Shown: positions 19,329-29,224, counted from the first letter of the stretch. The stretch: 64,000 nt of DNA from Rikenellaceae bacterium (GCA_047174325.1 JBCQUE010000007.1:6059-70058); one strand, 5' to 3'. The notes: generated by a model from the letters alone, not told the origin. Program-made: numbers and translations.

Positions 19329-19516
19329 CCAAGCTCAAATGGCTAGCGGAATAGCTAAGTTGTAAAGGGTTGGTGAAATAGCTGAGCTACAAATGGCTAG
19401 CGGAATAGCTGAGTTGTAAAGGGTTGGTGAAATAGCTGAGCTACAAATGGCTAGCGGAATAGCTGAGTTGTAAAGGGTTGGTGAAATAGCTAAGTTGTAA
19501 AGGATTAGTAAAATAA
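19311..19516. repeat. 27-bp units alternating as a 54-bp higher-order repeat, overlapping the subunit C stop
   Basis: aaatggctagcggaatagctgagttgt / aaagggttggtgaaatagctgagctac, bracketed by aaaggattagtgaagtaa and aaaggattagtaaaataa. Confidence 0.95.
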
Positions 19517-19530
19517 TAATATAGATACGT

Positions 19531-21288
19531 ATGAAAACTACGGGACGTGTAAATGGAATTATTGCCAATATCGTTATCGTGAAGGCGGACGGAGCTGTCG
19601 GTCAGAACGAGATTTGTTACGTATATTGTGGTGCAATAAAGATGATGGCTGAGGTCATCAAGATCGTGGGCGACTCTGCCTACGTACAGGTTTTCGACTC
19701 AACTCGTGGACTTAAGATAGGCGACAGGGTTGAGTTCGAGGGACATATGTTGGAGGCGACATTGGCACCGGGTCTGTTGTCTCGCAACTATGATGGTTTG
19801 CAGAACGACTTGGAGCGTATGGAGGGCTTGTTTATTGAGCGTGGATCGATGACCGACCCGATCGATTTTGAGGCTTCGTATGACTTCACTCCGATAGCTA
19901 AAGAGGGTGATAAGGTGACCGCTGCATCGTGGCTGGGAGAGGTCAAGGAGCAGTGGGTGGCACACAAAATTATGGTGCCGTTTGTGATGACGGGCAAGTA
20001 CACGGTAAAGAGCGTTGTGAAGAGCGGCAACTATAAGGTGACCGACACAGTGGCTGTTGTTGCGGATGCAGACGGCAATGAGTACCCGATAACGATGATT
20101 CAAAGGTGGGCTGTAAAGCAGGCTGTTAAGAGCTACGTATCGAAACCTCGTCCATCGAAGGTTATGGAGACTGGAGTTCGAGCGATCGATACATTCAACC
20201 CCTTGGCTGAGGGTGGTACGGGCTTTATCCCCGGCCCATTTGGTGCAGGTAAAACGGTGTTGCAGCACGCAATATCTAAGCAGGCTGAGGCGGATGTAAT
20301 CATCATCGTTGCCTGTGGCGAGCGTGCAAATGAGGTTGTGGAGATCTTCGCTGAGTTCCCTGAGTTGATCGATGCGAGGACGGGTCACAACTTGATGGAG
20401 CGTACGATTATTATCTGTAACACATCAAATATGCCTGTGGCGGCTCGTGAGGCTTCGGTCTATACAGGAATGACAATTGGCGAGTACTACCGAGCGATGG
20501 GTCTTAAGGTGTTGGTTATGGCGGACTCTACTTCACGTTGGGCACAGGCTCTTCGAGAGATGTCTAACCGATTGGAGGAGTTACCTGGTCAGGATGCCTT
20601 CCCGATGGATTTGTCTGCTACGATCTCAAATTATTACTCACGTGCAGGACTTGTGGAGTTGGTTGGTGGCGGAACAGGGTCAGTTACATTCTTGGGTACT
20701 GTGTCTCCTGCAGGAGGTAACCTCAAAGAGCCTGTTACGGAGTCGACGAAGAAGGCTGCTCGATGTTTCTACGCTCTGTCGCAGGGTCGTGCCGACTCTA
20801 AGCGTTACCCAGCGATTGATCCTTTGGAGTCATATTCAAAATATTTGGAGTACCCCGAGGTGAGCAGCTACTTGGATGAGCACGTGGAGAAGCAGTGGGT
20901 CGAGAAGATCTACGCTGCAAAGACCTATATACAGCGAGGCAAGGAGGCGAACGATCAGATCAATATCTTGGGTGATGATGGTGTGCCGATGGAGTATCAC
21001 GAGAGGTTCTGGAAGTCGGAGCTTATCGATTTTGTCTTGATGCAGCAGGATGCTTTCGATGATATTGATGGTAATACACCGATGGAGAGACAGTGTTTTA
21101 TGACAAATATGATACTCGATATTTGCGGCAAGAGCTTTAATTTTGAGGCGTTTGAGGAGTGCTCAAAGTTCTTCAAAACGATGATTAACTCATTCCGTCA
21201 GATGAACTACACGCTCTTCAAGTCTGAGGAGTTTGAGAAGTATCGCTCGCAGATTGAGCAGAGTGTAATGGAAAATGTTGCTAAATAA
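19531..21288 (+). CDS. V/A-type ATP synthase subunit A
   Basis: GPFGAGKT, CGERANE, NTSNMPVAAREAS, DSTSRWAQALRE. Confidence 0.97.
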   Translation: MKTTGRVNGIIANIVIVKADGAVGQNEICYVYCGAIKMMAEVIKIVGDSAYVQVFDSTRGLKIGDRVEFEGHMLEATLAPGLLSRNYDGLQNDLERMEGLFIERGSMTDPIDFEASYDFTPIAKEGDKVTAASWLGEVKEQWVAHKIMVPFVMTGKYTVKSVVKSGNYKVTDTVAVVADADGNEYPITMIQRWAVKQAVKSYVSKPRPSKVMETGVRAIDTFNPLAEGGTGFIPGPFGAGKTVLQHAISKQAEADVIIIVACGERANEVVEIFAEFPELIDARTGHNLMERTIIICNTSNMPVAAREASVYTGMTIGEYYRAMGLKVLVMADSTSRWAQALREMSNRLEELPGQDAFPMDLSATISNYYSRAGLVELVGGGTGSVTFLGTVSPAGGNLKEPVTESTKKAARCFYALSQGRADSKRYPAIDPLESYSKYLEYPEVSSYLDEHVEKQWVEKIYAAKTYIQRGKEANDQINILGDDGVPMEYHERFWKSELIDFVLMQQDAFDDIDGNTPMERQCFMTNMILDICGKSFNFEAFEECSKFFKTMINSFRQMNYTLFKSEEFEKYRSQIEQSVMENVAK

Positions 21289-21297
21289 TTTACGACT

Positions 21298-22620
21298 ATG
21301 ACAAAGAGTGCATTTCAAAAGATATATACAAAGATCGACAACATCACAAAGGCTACGGTAACGCTCCGTGCCGAGGGTGTCGGCAATGATGAGTTGGCAA
21401 CGGTTGGTGGCGAGTTGGCTCAGGTCGTTAAGATTATGGGCAACAACGTCACACTACAGGTATTCGCTGGTACGGAGGGTATCAGGACAGATTCTGAGGT
21501 TATCTTCCAAGGTGAGCCTCCAAAGTTGCGTGTCTCGGATAATTTGGCTGGACGATTCTTCAACGCCTATGGATTGCCTTTGGAGGGGGGTGAGCCCATT
21601 GAGGGTGAGGAGCGTGAGATCGGAGGTCCAACGGTGAATCCATTCCGCAGAAAGCAACCATCGGAGTTGATCGCTACAGGAATTGCAGGTATCGACCTTA
21701 ACAACACAATTGTGTCGGGTCAGAAGATTCCATTCTTCGCCGATCCAGACCAACCATACAACGCTGTGATGGCGAACGTGGCGCTACGTGCTAAGGCTGA
21801 TAAGATCATCTTGGGCGGTATGGGTCTTACGAATGATGACTTCCTCTACTTTAAGAGTGTCTTTGAGAATGCTGGAGCATTGGATCGTATCGTGTCGTTT
21901 GTGAACACTACCGAAGATGCTCCTGTTGAGCGCCTCTTGGTGCCCGATATGGCTTTGACAGCAGCGGAATATTTTGCTGTGGACAAGGGCGAAAAGGTGC
22001 TTGTGTTGCTTACAGATATGACGTTGTATGCCGATGCTTTGGCGATTGTGTCGAACCGTATGGATCAGATCCCATCTAAGGATTCGATGCCTGGATCGTT
22101 GTACTCAGACTTGGCTAAGTTGTATGAGAAGGCGGTGCAGTTGCCTAACGGAGGATCGATCACACTGATTGCCGTGACGACACTCTCGGGTGGAGATATT
22201 ACACACGCAATTCCTGATAACACGGGTTACATCACCGAGGGTCAGCTCTTCTTGCGTAGCGACTCAGATACGGGTAAGGTCATTGTCGATCCGTTCCGTT
22301 CGTTGTCTCGTTTGAAGCAGTTAGTGATCGGTAAAAAGACTCGTGAGGATCACCCTCAGGTGATGAATGCTTGCGTGAGATTGTATGCCGATGCAGCGGG
22401 AGCTAAAACGAAGTTGGAGAATGGTTTTGACTTGTCTGATTATGATGAGCGCTCGTTGAAGTTCGCACACGACTACTCGGCTAAGTTGTTGGCTATCGAC
22501 ATTAATATCGAGATCGAGGAGATGTTGGACACAGCGTGGAGATTGTTCGCTGAGTACTTCACACCCGAGGAGGTGGCTATCAAACAGCAATTTGTAGATA
22601 AGTATTGGATAAAAAAATAA
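21298..22620 (+). CDS. V/A-type ATP synthase subunit B
   Basis: GQKIPFF, TDMTLYADAL, PDNTGYITEGQ, SLSRLK. Confidence 0.97.
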   Translation: MTKSAFQKIYTKIDNITKATVTLRAEGVGNDELATVGGELAQVVKIMGNNVTLQVFAGTEGIRTDSEVIFQGEPPKLRVSDNLAGRFFNAYGLPLEGGEPIEGEEREIGGPTVNPFRRKQPSELIATGIAGIDLNNTIVSGQKIPFFADPDQPYNAVMANVALRAKADKIILGGMGLTNDDFLYFKSVFENAGALDRIVSFVNTTEDAPVERLLVPDMALTAAEYFAVDKGEKVLVLLTDMTLYADALAIVSNRMDQIPSKDSMPGSLYSDLAKLYEKAVQLPNGGSITLIAVTTLSGGDITHAIPDNTGYITEGQLFLRSDSDTGKVIVDPFRSLSRLKQLVIGKKTREDHPQVMNACVRLYADAAGAKTKLENGFDLSDYDERSLKFAHDYSAKLLAIDINIEIEEMLDTAWRLFAEYFTPEEVAIKQQFVDKYWIKK

Positions 22621-22626
22621 TCGCCT

Positions 22627-23238
22627 ATGGCTATTAAATTTCAATATAATAAGACCTCGCTTGGCGACTTGGGCAGACAGCTCAAGATGCGCCAAGGTGC
22701 TCTGCCGACCATCAAGAGTAAGGAGTCGGCACTGCGCTCAGAGGTGAAACGGGCTCGTGAGGTGGCGCTGGAGTATCAGAGCCAACTTGAAGAGCTTATG
22801 GCTCAGTATGACTATATGGTTGAGTTGTGGGGCGAGTTCGACACGGAGCTGCTCACGATCAAAGATATTGCGCTACGTGAGCAGAAGATCGCTGGCGTGA
22901 GGACACCTGTGTTGGATCACGTGATTTTTGCGGAGCAGGAGTATGATCTCTTCTCATCGCCAATATGGTTTCGTTCGGGTGTTGAGCTGCTGAAGAGGTT
23001 GGCTGAATTGAGCCTTGAATCGGAGATATATAACCGTAAGATGGAGTTGCTCGATTATGCTCGCCGCAAGACGACACAGAAGGTGAACCTCTACGAGAAG
23101 GTGCAGATCCCTGGATATGAGGATGCTATCCGCAAGATCAAACGCTTTATGGAGGATGAGGAGAATCTGTCAAAGTCGGCTCAAAAGATTGTAAAAACCA
23201 AACAACAACAGGCTACACAGGAGGGGGCAACGCTATGA
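22627..23238 (+). CDS. V/A-type ATP synthase subunit D
   Basis: LPTIKSKESAL, KTTQKVNLYEKVQIP. Confidence 0.95.
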   Translation: MAIKFQYNKTSLGDLGRQLKMRQGALPTIKSKESALRSEVKRAREVALEYQSQLEELMAQYDYMVELWGEFDTELLTIKDIALREQKIAGVRTPVLDHVIFAEQEYDLFSSPIWFRSGVELLKRLAELSLESEIYNRKMELLDYARRKTTQKVNLYEKVQIPGYEDAIRKIKRFMEDEENLSKSAQKIVKTKQQQATQEGATL

Positions 23239-25070
23239 TAGTCAAGATGTTAAAGTATCAATTCGTCCTCTTTTCGGGCGAGTGTGAGAAGTTTGTAGAG
23301 AGCCTTTGTGACCTCGGAATGGTCGATATTACAACCTCTCGGTGGGAGGCATCGATGGAGGATCAAGCGTTGATCGTCTCGATCGAGGCACACGACAAGG
23401 CGGTGACAAACCTCACGGCATTTATACAGAGCGAGAGGTTCGTGAGTTCGGCTGTAGCTTATGGCTCGGGCGAGGAGGCTTTTGCAAGCTACTCAAAGAC
23501 GAGTGGCGAGGTGGCTGCGTATGAGGCTGAGATCGAGAGACTTAAAGCGACTGCTCGTGAGGTTAAACCGTGGGGTGAGTTCTCAGCGGAGGCGCTCACA
23601 AAGTTGTCAAAAGAGGGTGTTGTGCTCAACTACTTCGTGGCGTTAGAGTCTGATTATGAGGCTATTGAGGCGGAGCGTGGTGGCGATTTAGCGCTCTCGG
23701 TAATATCTCGGGAGGATGGGAAAATCTATTTTGTCGCTGTTACACGAGAGGGCGATGGTGCAGATCTAAACCTTGATGCTCAGATGGTTAAACCACTCAC
23801 GGCATCGGCAACTGAGATCGAACAAGAGATCAAGAGATTGGAGCAGAGCCGAGAGGCACTAAACAGCGATCTCTCTCGTGCGGCAAAGTCAATTGAGCTA
23901 ATCAAACAACACAAAAGTGTGGTCGTTGAGCAGCTGCAGCAGAGCCGTGTGAGTAGCTCGGCAGAGCAGGCGGCTGAGGGGTCACTACTCGTGATGGAGG
24001 GTTGGGCAGAGGAGGCAACAGCCGCTAAGGTTGATGCACTGCTCGATGCTCAGTCGGGATTGGTCTACTTCAAGAGCAGACCCACGCCAAGCGATAACAC
24101 CCCCGTGAAGTTGGAGAACAACAGCTTCGCAAAACTATTCGAGATGGTGAGCAACCTCTATGCACTTCCGAAGTATGGGACGATCGACCTTACGCCGCTA
24201 TTTGCGCCCTTTTATATGCTCTTCTTTGCGATCTGTCTGTGTGATGCAGGTTATGGCGCAATGATCCTTGCGGCTGGTCTTTTCCTCCGATTCAAGGGTG
24301 GCGAGAGTATGCGTTCGGCAGGTATGCTGACCATACTTTGCGGAGCTACAGCGGTGATTTTTGGATTCTTAGCCAACTCGATTTTCGGTATGGAGTTTAG
24401 CTCGATGCCGCTCTTTGAGAGCTTTAGGTTTATCAATTTCCAGAAGGATTTCTTCGTTGCCTCTATGGCGATCGGTATTGTGCAGATCCTCTTCGGTATG
24501 CTCATCAAGATCTCGGTGACGACACGCTCATTCGGCTTTAAGTATGCAGTGGGCTCGGTTGGCTGGTTTATAATGGTCTTGACGGGTGTCGCTTCGTTGG
24601 CGTTGCCAGCTGTGGGTGTTGAGTTGCCTAGCGTACTCTATCAAGTGGGCTTGTATGTCGGCTTGGCGCTACTCATCTTCTTCAACAATCCCGAGAAAAA
24701 TATCTTTGCAAATATCGGTTCGGGCATTTGGGAGGCTTATGATCGCACGACAGGATTGATGGGTGATGTATTGAGTTATATTCGTCTCTTTGCAATCGGT
24801 TTGTCGGGCGGTGTCTTGGCGCTGGTCTTTAATGATTTGGCTGTGGGAATGACGGGCTTGGATGTTAGCTGGGCGGATCAGACGATTTTGGAGCTCATCC
24901 CTAAGTTGATCGGTGCAACGGCAATACTTTTGGTGGGTCACGGAATCAACCTCTTTATGTCGACTATCTCATCATTTGTTCACCCGATGCGTCTAACGTT
25001 TGTGGAGTTCTATAAGAATGCAGGTTTCGAGATGGCGACACGTAAATTTGAGCCTTTGAATAGAGGCTAA
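23235..25070 (+). CDS. V/A-type ATP synthase subunit I
   Basis: DLTPLFAPFY..DAGYG, DVLSYIRLFAIGL, HPMRLTFVEFY. Confidence 0.96.
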   Translation: MIVKMLKYQFVLFSGECEKFVESLCDLGMVDITTSRWEASMEDQALIVSIEAHDKAVTNLTAFIQSERFVSSAVAYGSGEEAFASYSKTSGEVAAYEAEIERLKATAREVKPWGEFSAEALTKLSKEGVVLNYFVALESDYEAIEAERGGDLALSVISREDGKIYFVAVTREGDGADLNLDAQMVKPLTASATEIEQEIKRLEQSREALNSDLSRAAKSIELIKQHKSVVVEQLQQSRVSSSAEQAAEGSLLVMEGWAEEATAAKVDALLDAQSGLVYFKSRPTPSDNTPVKLENNSFAKLFEMVSNLYALPKYGTIDLTPLFAPFYMLFFAICLCDAGYGAMILAAGLFLRFKGGESMRSAGMLTILCGATAVIFGFLANSIFGMEFSSMPLFESFRFINFQKDFFVASMAIGIVQILFGMLIKISVTTRSFGFKYAVGSVGWFIMVLTGVASLALPAVGVELPSVLYQVGLYVGLALLIFFNNPEKNIFANIGSGIWEAYDRTTGLMGDVLSYIRLFAIGLSGGVLALVFNDLAVGMTGLDVSWADQTILELIPKLIGATAILLVGHGINLFMSTISSFVHPMRLTFVEFYKNAGFEMATRKFEPLNRG

Positions 25071-25092
25071 AGAGCCCTCTTCGTGGAGAGTA

Positions 25093-25227
25093 ACAAAGCT
25101 TTCCAAGTAAAGGGTAAGCACAAAGCTTTCCAAGTAAAGGGTAAGCACAAAGCTTTCCAAGTAAAGGGTAAGTACAAAGCTTTCCAAGTAAAGGGTAAGC
25201 ACAAAGCTTTCCAAGTAAAGAGCAAGT
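25093..25227. repeat. 27-bp tandem array x5 between subunits I and K
   Basis: acaaagctttccaagtaaagggtaagc at 25093, 25120, 25147, 25174, 25201. Confidence 0.95.
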
Positions 25228-25298
25228 ACAGAGCTCTTTTCGGTGAGAGTAATTAAAGTAAATTTAAGAATAATAACAAATAAAAATTAAAAAACATT

Positions 25299-25763
25299 AT
25301 GGATTCAACAGCAATTATCTTAGCCTATTTGGGCGTAGCATTTATGATCGGATTGAGCGGTGCAGCATCAGCGATCGGAACATCAATCAGCGGTCAGGCA
25401 GCTGTAGGTTCTATGAAGAAGAACCCAGACGCATTCGGTAGCTATATGATCTTGACGGCTCTTCCTGGCTCGCAAGGTCTCTATGGCTTCGTTAGTTTCT
25501 TTATGGTGACGAGCATCTTCAACCTCATTAGCGACAACACAACGATGTTGCAGGGTGCAGCGGTGTTGGGAATCGGTATCTTGTCGGGTGTCGTTAACTT
25601 GGCTGCATCGATCTATCAGGGTCAGGTTTGCGCTAACGGTATCACAGCTATCGGTGGCGGACACGATGTGATGGGTAAGACGTTGATTATGGCGGCGTTC
25701 CCAGAGTTGTATGCGATCTTGACAGTTGCGGCAACATTTATGATCGGTGGCGCTGTAGCTTAA
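25299..25763 (+). CDS. V/A-type ATP synthase subunit K (proteolipid)
   Basis: Four hydrophobic helices, LPGSQGLYGF, FPELYAIL. Confidence 0.95.
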   Translation: MDSTAIILAYLGVAFMIGLSGAASAIGTSISGQAAVGSMKKNPDAFGSYMILTALPGSQGLYGFVSFFMVTSIFNLISDNTTMLQGAAVLGIGILSGVVNLAASIYQGQVCANGITAIGGGHDVMGKTLIMAAFPELYAILTVAATFMIGGAVA

Positions 25764-25855
25764 TTTATTGCTCATCGGAACACCTCAGGAGTAGTCTCTT
25801 TAAGAACTTCATTAAAGTTCATCAGAACAACTCATTTAAGAGCTCTTTGGAGCAG

Positions 25856-25897
25856 AAAAAAGCGGCTTGATCGGGAAACCTTTCAAGCCGCTTTTTT
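25856..25897. terminator. Terminator at the end of the ATPase operon
   Basis: aaaaaagcggcttga..tcaagccgctttttt. Confidence 0.85.
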
Positions 25898-25920
25898 ATC
25901 TTGTCACCATCATAACATAA

Positions 25921-25954
25921 AAATAGGCGTGAAACGAATTAATCGCTTCACGCC
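25921..25954 (-). terminator. Probable htpG terminator
   Basis: ggcgtgaa..ttcacgcc hairpin followed on the minus strand by a T-rich tract. Confidence 0.65.
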
Positions 25955-25979
25955 AAAGTTGCTAATCAGATAGTGGTGA

Positions 25980-28043
25980 CTACCTCTCGATGAGAGTGAT
26001 ACTGCGCTCGATGAAGTCGCTCAGGCTCTTACCCTTCAACATTCCGTTTGATAGTAGCGCAAGGTCGATGATCTGCTTGATGAGTGAGTTGTCACGACCG
26101 ATCTCTTTGAGGCGCTCATTGCGCTCGTCACGCAACATAACAACCTTTTTCGATAGCTCCTCACGCATCGACTTCTCCTCAGTGGTGAAATCCTCCTCTT
26201 TCTTATCCTTCACCAACTCCTCGAAACGAGCCTCCTCATCGACTGCTGCGTTAATCTTCTTTGTCGTTGTCTTGAGTTTATCTCCGTAACTCTCCTCCAC
26301 GCTCTTCAAAATATCGAGAACGATAGGGTGGTTACCGTTCACGGCAATGGTGAAGTTGTCGGGCATCTGTGCATAGAATTGGCTCATTCCGCCACCGCCA
26401 CCTGTTGCAGCCATCTCCTTCATTCGGCGCATAAACTCATCCTGTGTGATGACAACGGGTGCATCATTTGCCTCCATCGCCTCAAATGAGATCTGATAGC
26501 TAATCTTCTCGTCTGTAGGCATTTGGCTCTCGAACACGGGGCGCAACACCTCTTGATTCTCAGCCGTCAGGGTGATCTCAAGGCTCTTCTCCTTTTGAAT
26601 CAACTTATCCACGACATCGCTATCAACACGCACAAATCGGCACTCCTTGTGTTTCGACTCGTAATAATTGATGTAGTGGCTATCGAGCTGACCATCCATC
26701 ACCAACACCTTGTAACCCTTGCTCTTTGCCGATGCAACAAATTGGTGCTTCTCAACTGCATCGTCAACGTAGAGCATAATGATCGTTCCGTTCTTGTCGG
26801 TCTGGTTATCCTTGACAGCCTCGGTAAACTCAGTCGATGTAAAGTACTTGCCCTCAGTGTTTTTCCACAACATAAAGCTGTCCGACTTCTCAGCGAACTT
26901 CTCATCTGTGAGTGTTCCATACTCGATGAAGATCTTCAAATCGTCCCACTTACTCTCATAATCTGCACGCATCGTGTTGAACAACTCCTGCAGACGGTCG
27001 GCAACCTTGCGAGTGATGTAGTTAGAGATCTTCTTCACATTCGAGTCGCTCTGCAAATAGCTACGTGAGACGTTGAGCGGAATATCTGGCGAGTCGATCA
27101 CACCGTGCAGCAGCGTCAAATACTCAGGCACGATGCCCTCCACCTGATCCGTTACATAAACCTGATTGCAGTAGAGCTGGATCTTATTCTTCTGAACCTC
27201 GAACTTATTGCTGATCTTCGGGAAGTAGAGAATACCCGTAAGGTTGAAAGGGTAGTCGATATTGAGGTGTATCGAGAAGAGTGGCTCTTCGGACATTGGG
27301 TACAACTCACGATAGAACTCCTTGTAATTCTCCTCGGTGATCTCCGATGGTTTAGTCACCCAAAGTGGCGCTACAGCGTTGATTACATTATCCTTATCAG
27401 TGTCGACATACTTTCCATCTTTCCACTCCTGCACCTTGCCAAGCGAGATCGGCACAGGCAAGAATCGGCAATACTTCTTCAATAGCTCCTCGATCTTTGA
27501 CCTCTCGCCATACTCCGCAGCATCCTCAGCGATATGAAGTGTGATCGATGTTCCACGAGCCACCTCATCATCTGTCTCCGCCATCTCAAACTCGGGCGAT
27601 CCTGTGCAACTCCACTTAACCGCCTTAGCGCCCTCTTTGTATGATTTAGTTGTGATCTCCACACGCTCGGCAACCATAAATGCCGAGTAGAATCCCAAAC
27701 CGAAGTGACCGATGATAGCCTGATCCTTATACTTCTCCATAAACTCCTCAGCGCCCGAAAATGCGATCTGATTGATGTATTTGTCAACCTCCTCCATCGT
27801 CATTCCCAAACCTCGGTCGGTGATTGTTAAGCTCTTAGCCGCTGTGTCGAGTGCGATCGATATTGTCAGATCACCCAACTCACCCTTAGCCTCGCCACGT
27901 GACGAGAGAGTTTTGAGTTTCTGTGTTGCATCGACAGCGTTAGAGACCAACTCACGCAAGAAGATCTCGTGATCTGAGTAGAGGAACTTCTTAATTACAG
28001 GGAAGATGTTTTCGGATGTAACTCCAATTTTTCCGTTTTTCAT
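25980..28043 (-). CDS. htpG: Hsp90 chaperone HtpG
   Basis: IFLRELVSNAVDA, IGHFGLGFYSAFMVA, DSPDIPLNVSRS. Confidence 0.98.
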   Translation of the reverse strand: MKNGKIGVTSENIFPVIKKFLYSDHEIFLRELVSNAVDATQKLKTLSSRGEAKGELGDLTISIALDTAAKSLTITDRGLGMTMEEVDKYINQIAFSGAEEFMEKYKDQAIIGHFGLGFYSAFMVAERVEITTKSYKEGAKAVKWSCTGSPEFEMAETDDEVARGTSITLHIAEDAAEYGERSKIEELLKKYCRFLPVPISLGKVQEWKDGKYVDTDKDNVINAVAPLWVTKPSEITEENYKEFYRELYPMSEEPLFSIHLNIDYPFNLTGILYFPKISNKFEVQKNKIQLYCNQVYVTDQVEGIVPEYLTLLHGVIDSPDIPLNVSRSYLQSDSNVKKISNYITRKVADRLQELFNTMRADYESKWDDLKIFIEYGTLTDEKFAEKSDSFMLWKNTEGKYFTSTEFTEAVKDNQTDKNGTIIMLYVDDAVEKHQFVASAKSKGYKVLVMDGQLDSHYINYYESKHKECRFVRVDSDVVDKLIQKEKSLEITLTAENQEVLRPVFESQMPTDEKISYQISFEAMEANDAPVVITQDEFMRRMKEMAATGGGGGMSQFYAQMPDNFTIAVNGNHPIVLDILKSVEESYGDKLKTTTKKINAAVDEEARFEELVKDKKEEDFTTEEKSMREELSKKVVMLRDERNERLKEIGRDNSLIKQIIDLALLSNGMLKGKSLSDFIERSITLIER

Positions 28044-28151
28044 AACTCTATGATAAATTTAATTTTAAGTTTGTATAATTTACATTTTACTCTTTCTCAT
28101 CAAATGGTGTGCCAACCATTTATTTCTGTCATTTTGGCAGACTTGTGACAT

Positions 28152-28189
28152 AAAAAATGTCAGCCAACGAAATAATCCGTCAGCCGACA
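28152..28189 (-). terminator. Terminator after the second DPDD gene
   Basis: minus strand tgtcggctgacg..cgttggctgaca then T-run. Confidence 0.7.
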
Positions 28190-28216
28190 CACTTGTTCTC
28201 GATCTGCTCTATGTTG

Positions 28217-29107
28217 CTAACGAGTTACATATCTCTCCCAAAATTTCTCGTGAGTATCAGCCTTTTCGCCGATGTTGAGTATCCACCAATTCTCGCAACA
28301 GTCCGAGTAATCGACACCATCGAAGTGAAGATATGACCACTTATGCTCAAAGCCATTAGGGAAGTATGAATCGATGATTTGATCAGCTAATTGCCACATC
28401 TTGCGAGCCTTAGGGTTGCGAGCCTCCTTTGCCAACACGATCCACTTTGCATCCTTTGCACGATATGCAGGCGTTGTGTACTCACCTCTGTCTCCCCAAT
28501 CTTCGCTAGGTAGTGCGTTTCCGTCATCGATACTGAAATATGTTGTCATCTTCTTCACATACTCCAGATCCTCTTTAGCGGTCATCTTCTCGTTCCAGTT
28601 GCTGTGCTGCACCACGATCACCTGCTCTTTGATCGCCTTGGCTGAGAGAGTATTGAGCAACTCTTTCACCCAATCAGCCGTGATATTTGACTGTCCAGCC
28701 TCCTGAACCCACACTTTACCGCCCTTGCTTATGATCGGTTTCACCACCTTCAAAATGTCGCTAACGGCTCTCTCCCAATCCTCATTTGCCGCTGTCCACT
28801 GCTTGCCAAACGCTGTGTTGAATAGCTCACGTGAATCGAGGAATAGACCCTTCTGCACGCCAATCGCACCCGATACTGCATAGATCTTTACACCCTTCAA
28901 ATCGGGGTGGAGCATCATACAGCCCAATGCAGCCTGAGCGTGAAGGTCATCGGGGTCGGGTTTGCTGTCAAATTGCGCCAACAGCAGATCTTTTTTCTTA
29001 TTGAAATAGGGGCGCTCTGAACCACTTTGTGCAGAGATACTTTGTACATTTCCAAATAGTGCAACGCCAACGAGTAGCGCCACAGATGTGATAAATTTAC
29101 GTTTCAT
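28217..29107 (-). CDS. Secreted protein of unknown function, DPDD-motif family (paralogue of 1001-1864)
   Basis: Start MKRKFITSVALLVGVALF (signal peptide) at 29107; FDSKPDPDD, EAGQS, HSNWN, IDDGN, DYSD. Confidence 0.75.
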   Translation of the reverse strand: MKRKFITSVALLVGVALFGNVQSISAQSGSERPYFNKKKDLLLAQFDSKPDPDDLHAQAALGCMMLHPDLKGVKIYAVSGAIGVQKGLFLDSRELFNTAFGKQWTAANEDWERAVSDILKVVKPIISKGGKVWVQEAGQSNITADWVKELLNTLSAKAIKEQVIVVQHSNWNEKMTAKEDLEYVKKMTTYFSIDDGNALPSEDWGDRGEYTTPAYRAKDAKWIVLAKEARNPKARKMWQLADQIIDSYFPNGFEHKWSYLHFDGVDYSDCCENWWILNIGEKADTHEKFWERYVTR

Positions 29108-29154
29108 TTTTGGTTGACTTTTGGTTGTTGGTTGATTGGTTGGTTGGTTGTTGA
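29108..29154. repeat. TTGG simple repeat abutting the start codon
   Basis: ttttggttgacttttggttgttggttgattggttggttggttgttg. Confidence 0.8.
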
Positions 29155-29224
29155 GAGTGTGATAGAGAGCAGCAAGATCGCAAAACGAGCATAGTTGTCG
29201 CTTTGGATCTTGCTGCAATTTACG

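Noticed and set aside
25771-25850. Weak degenerate duplications (also 17515-17550, 34671-34702, 53803-53851)
   Set aside because: Only two imperfect copies in low-complexity DNA; consistent with the general pattern but too weak to report singly.
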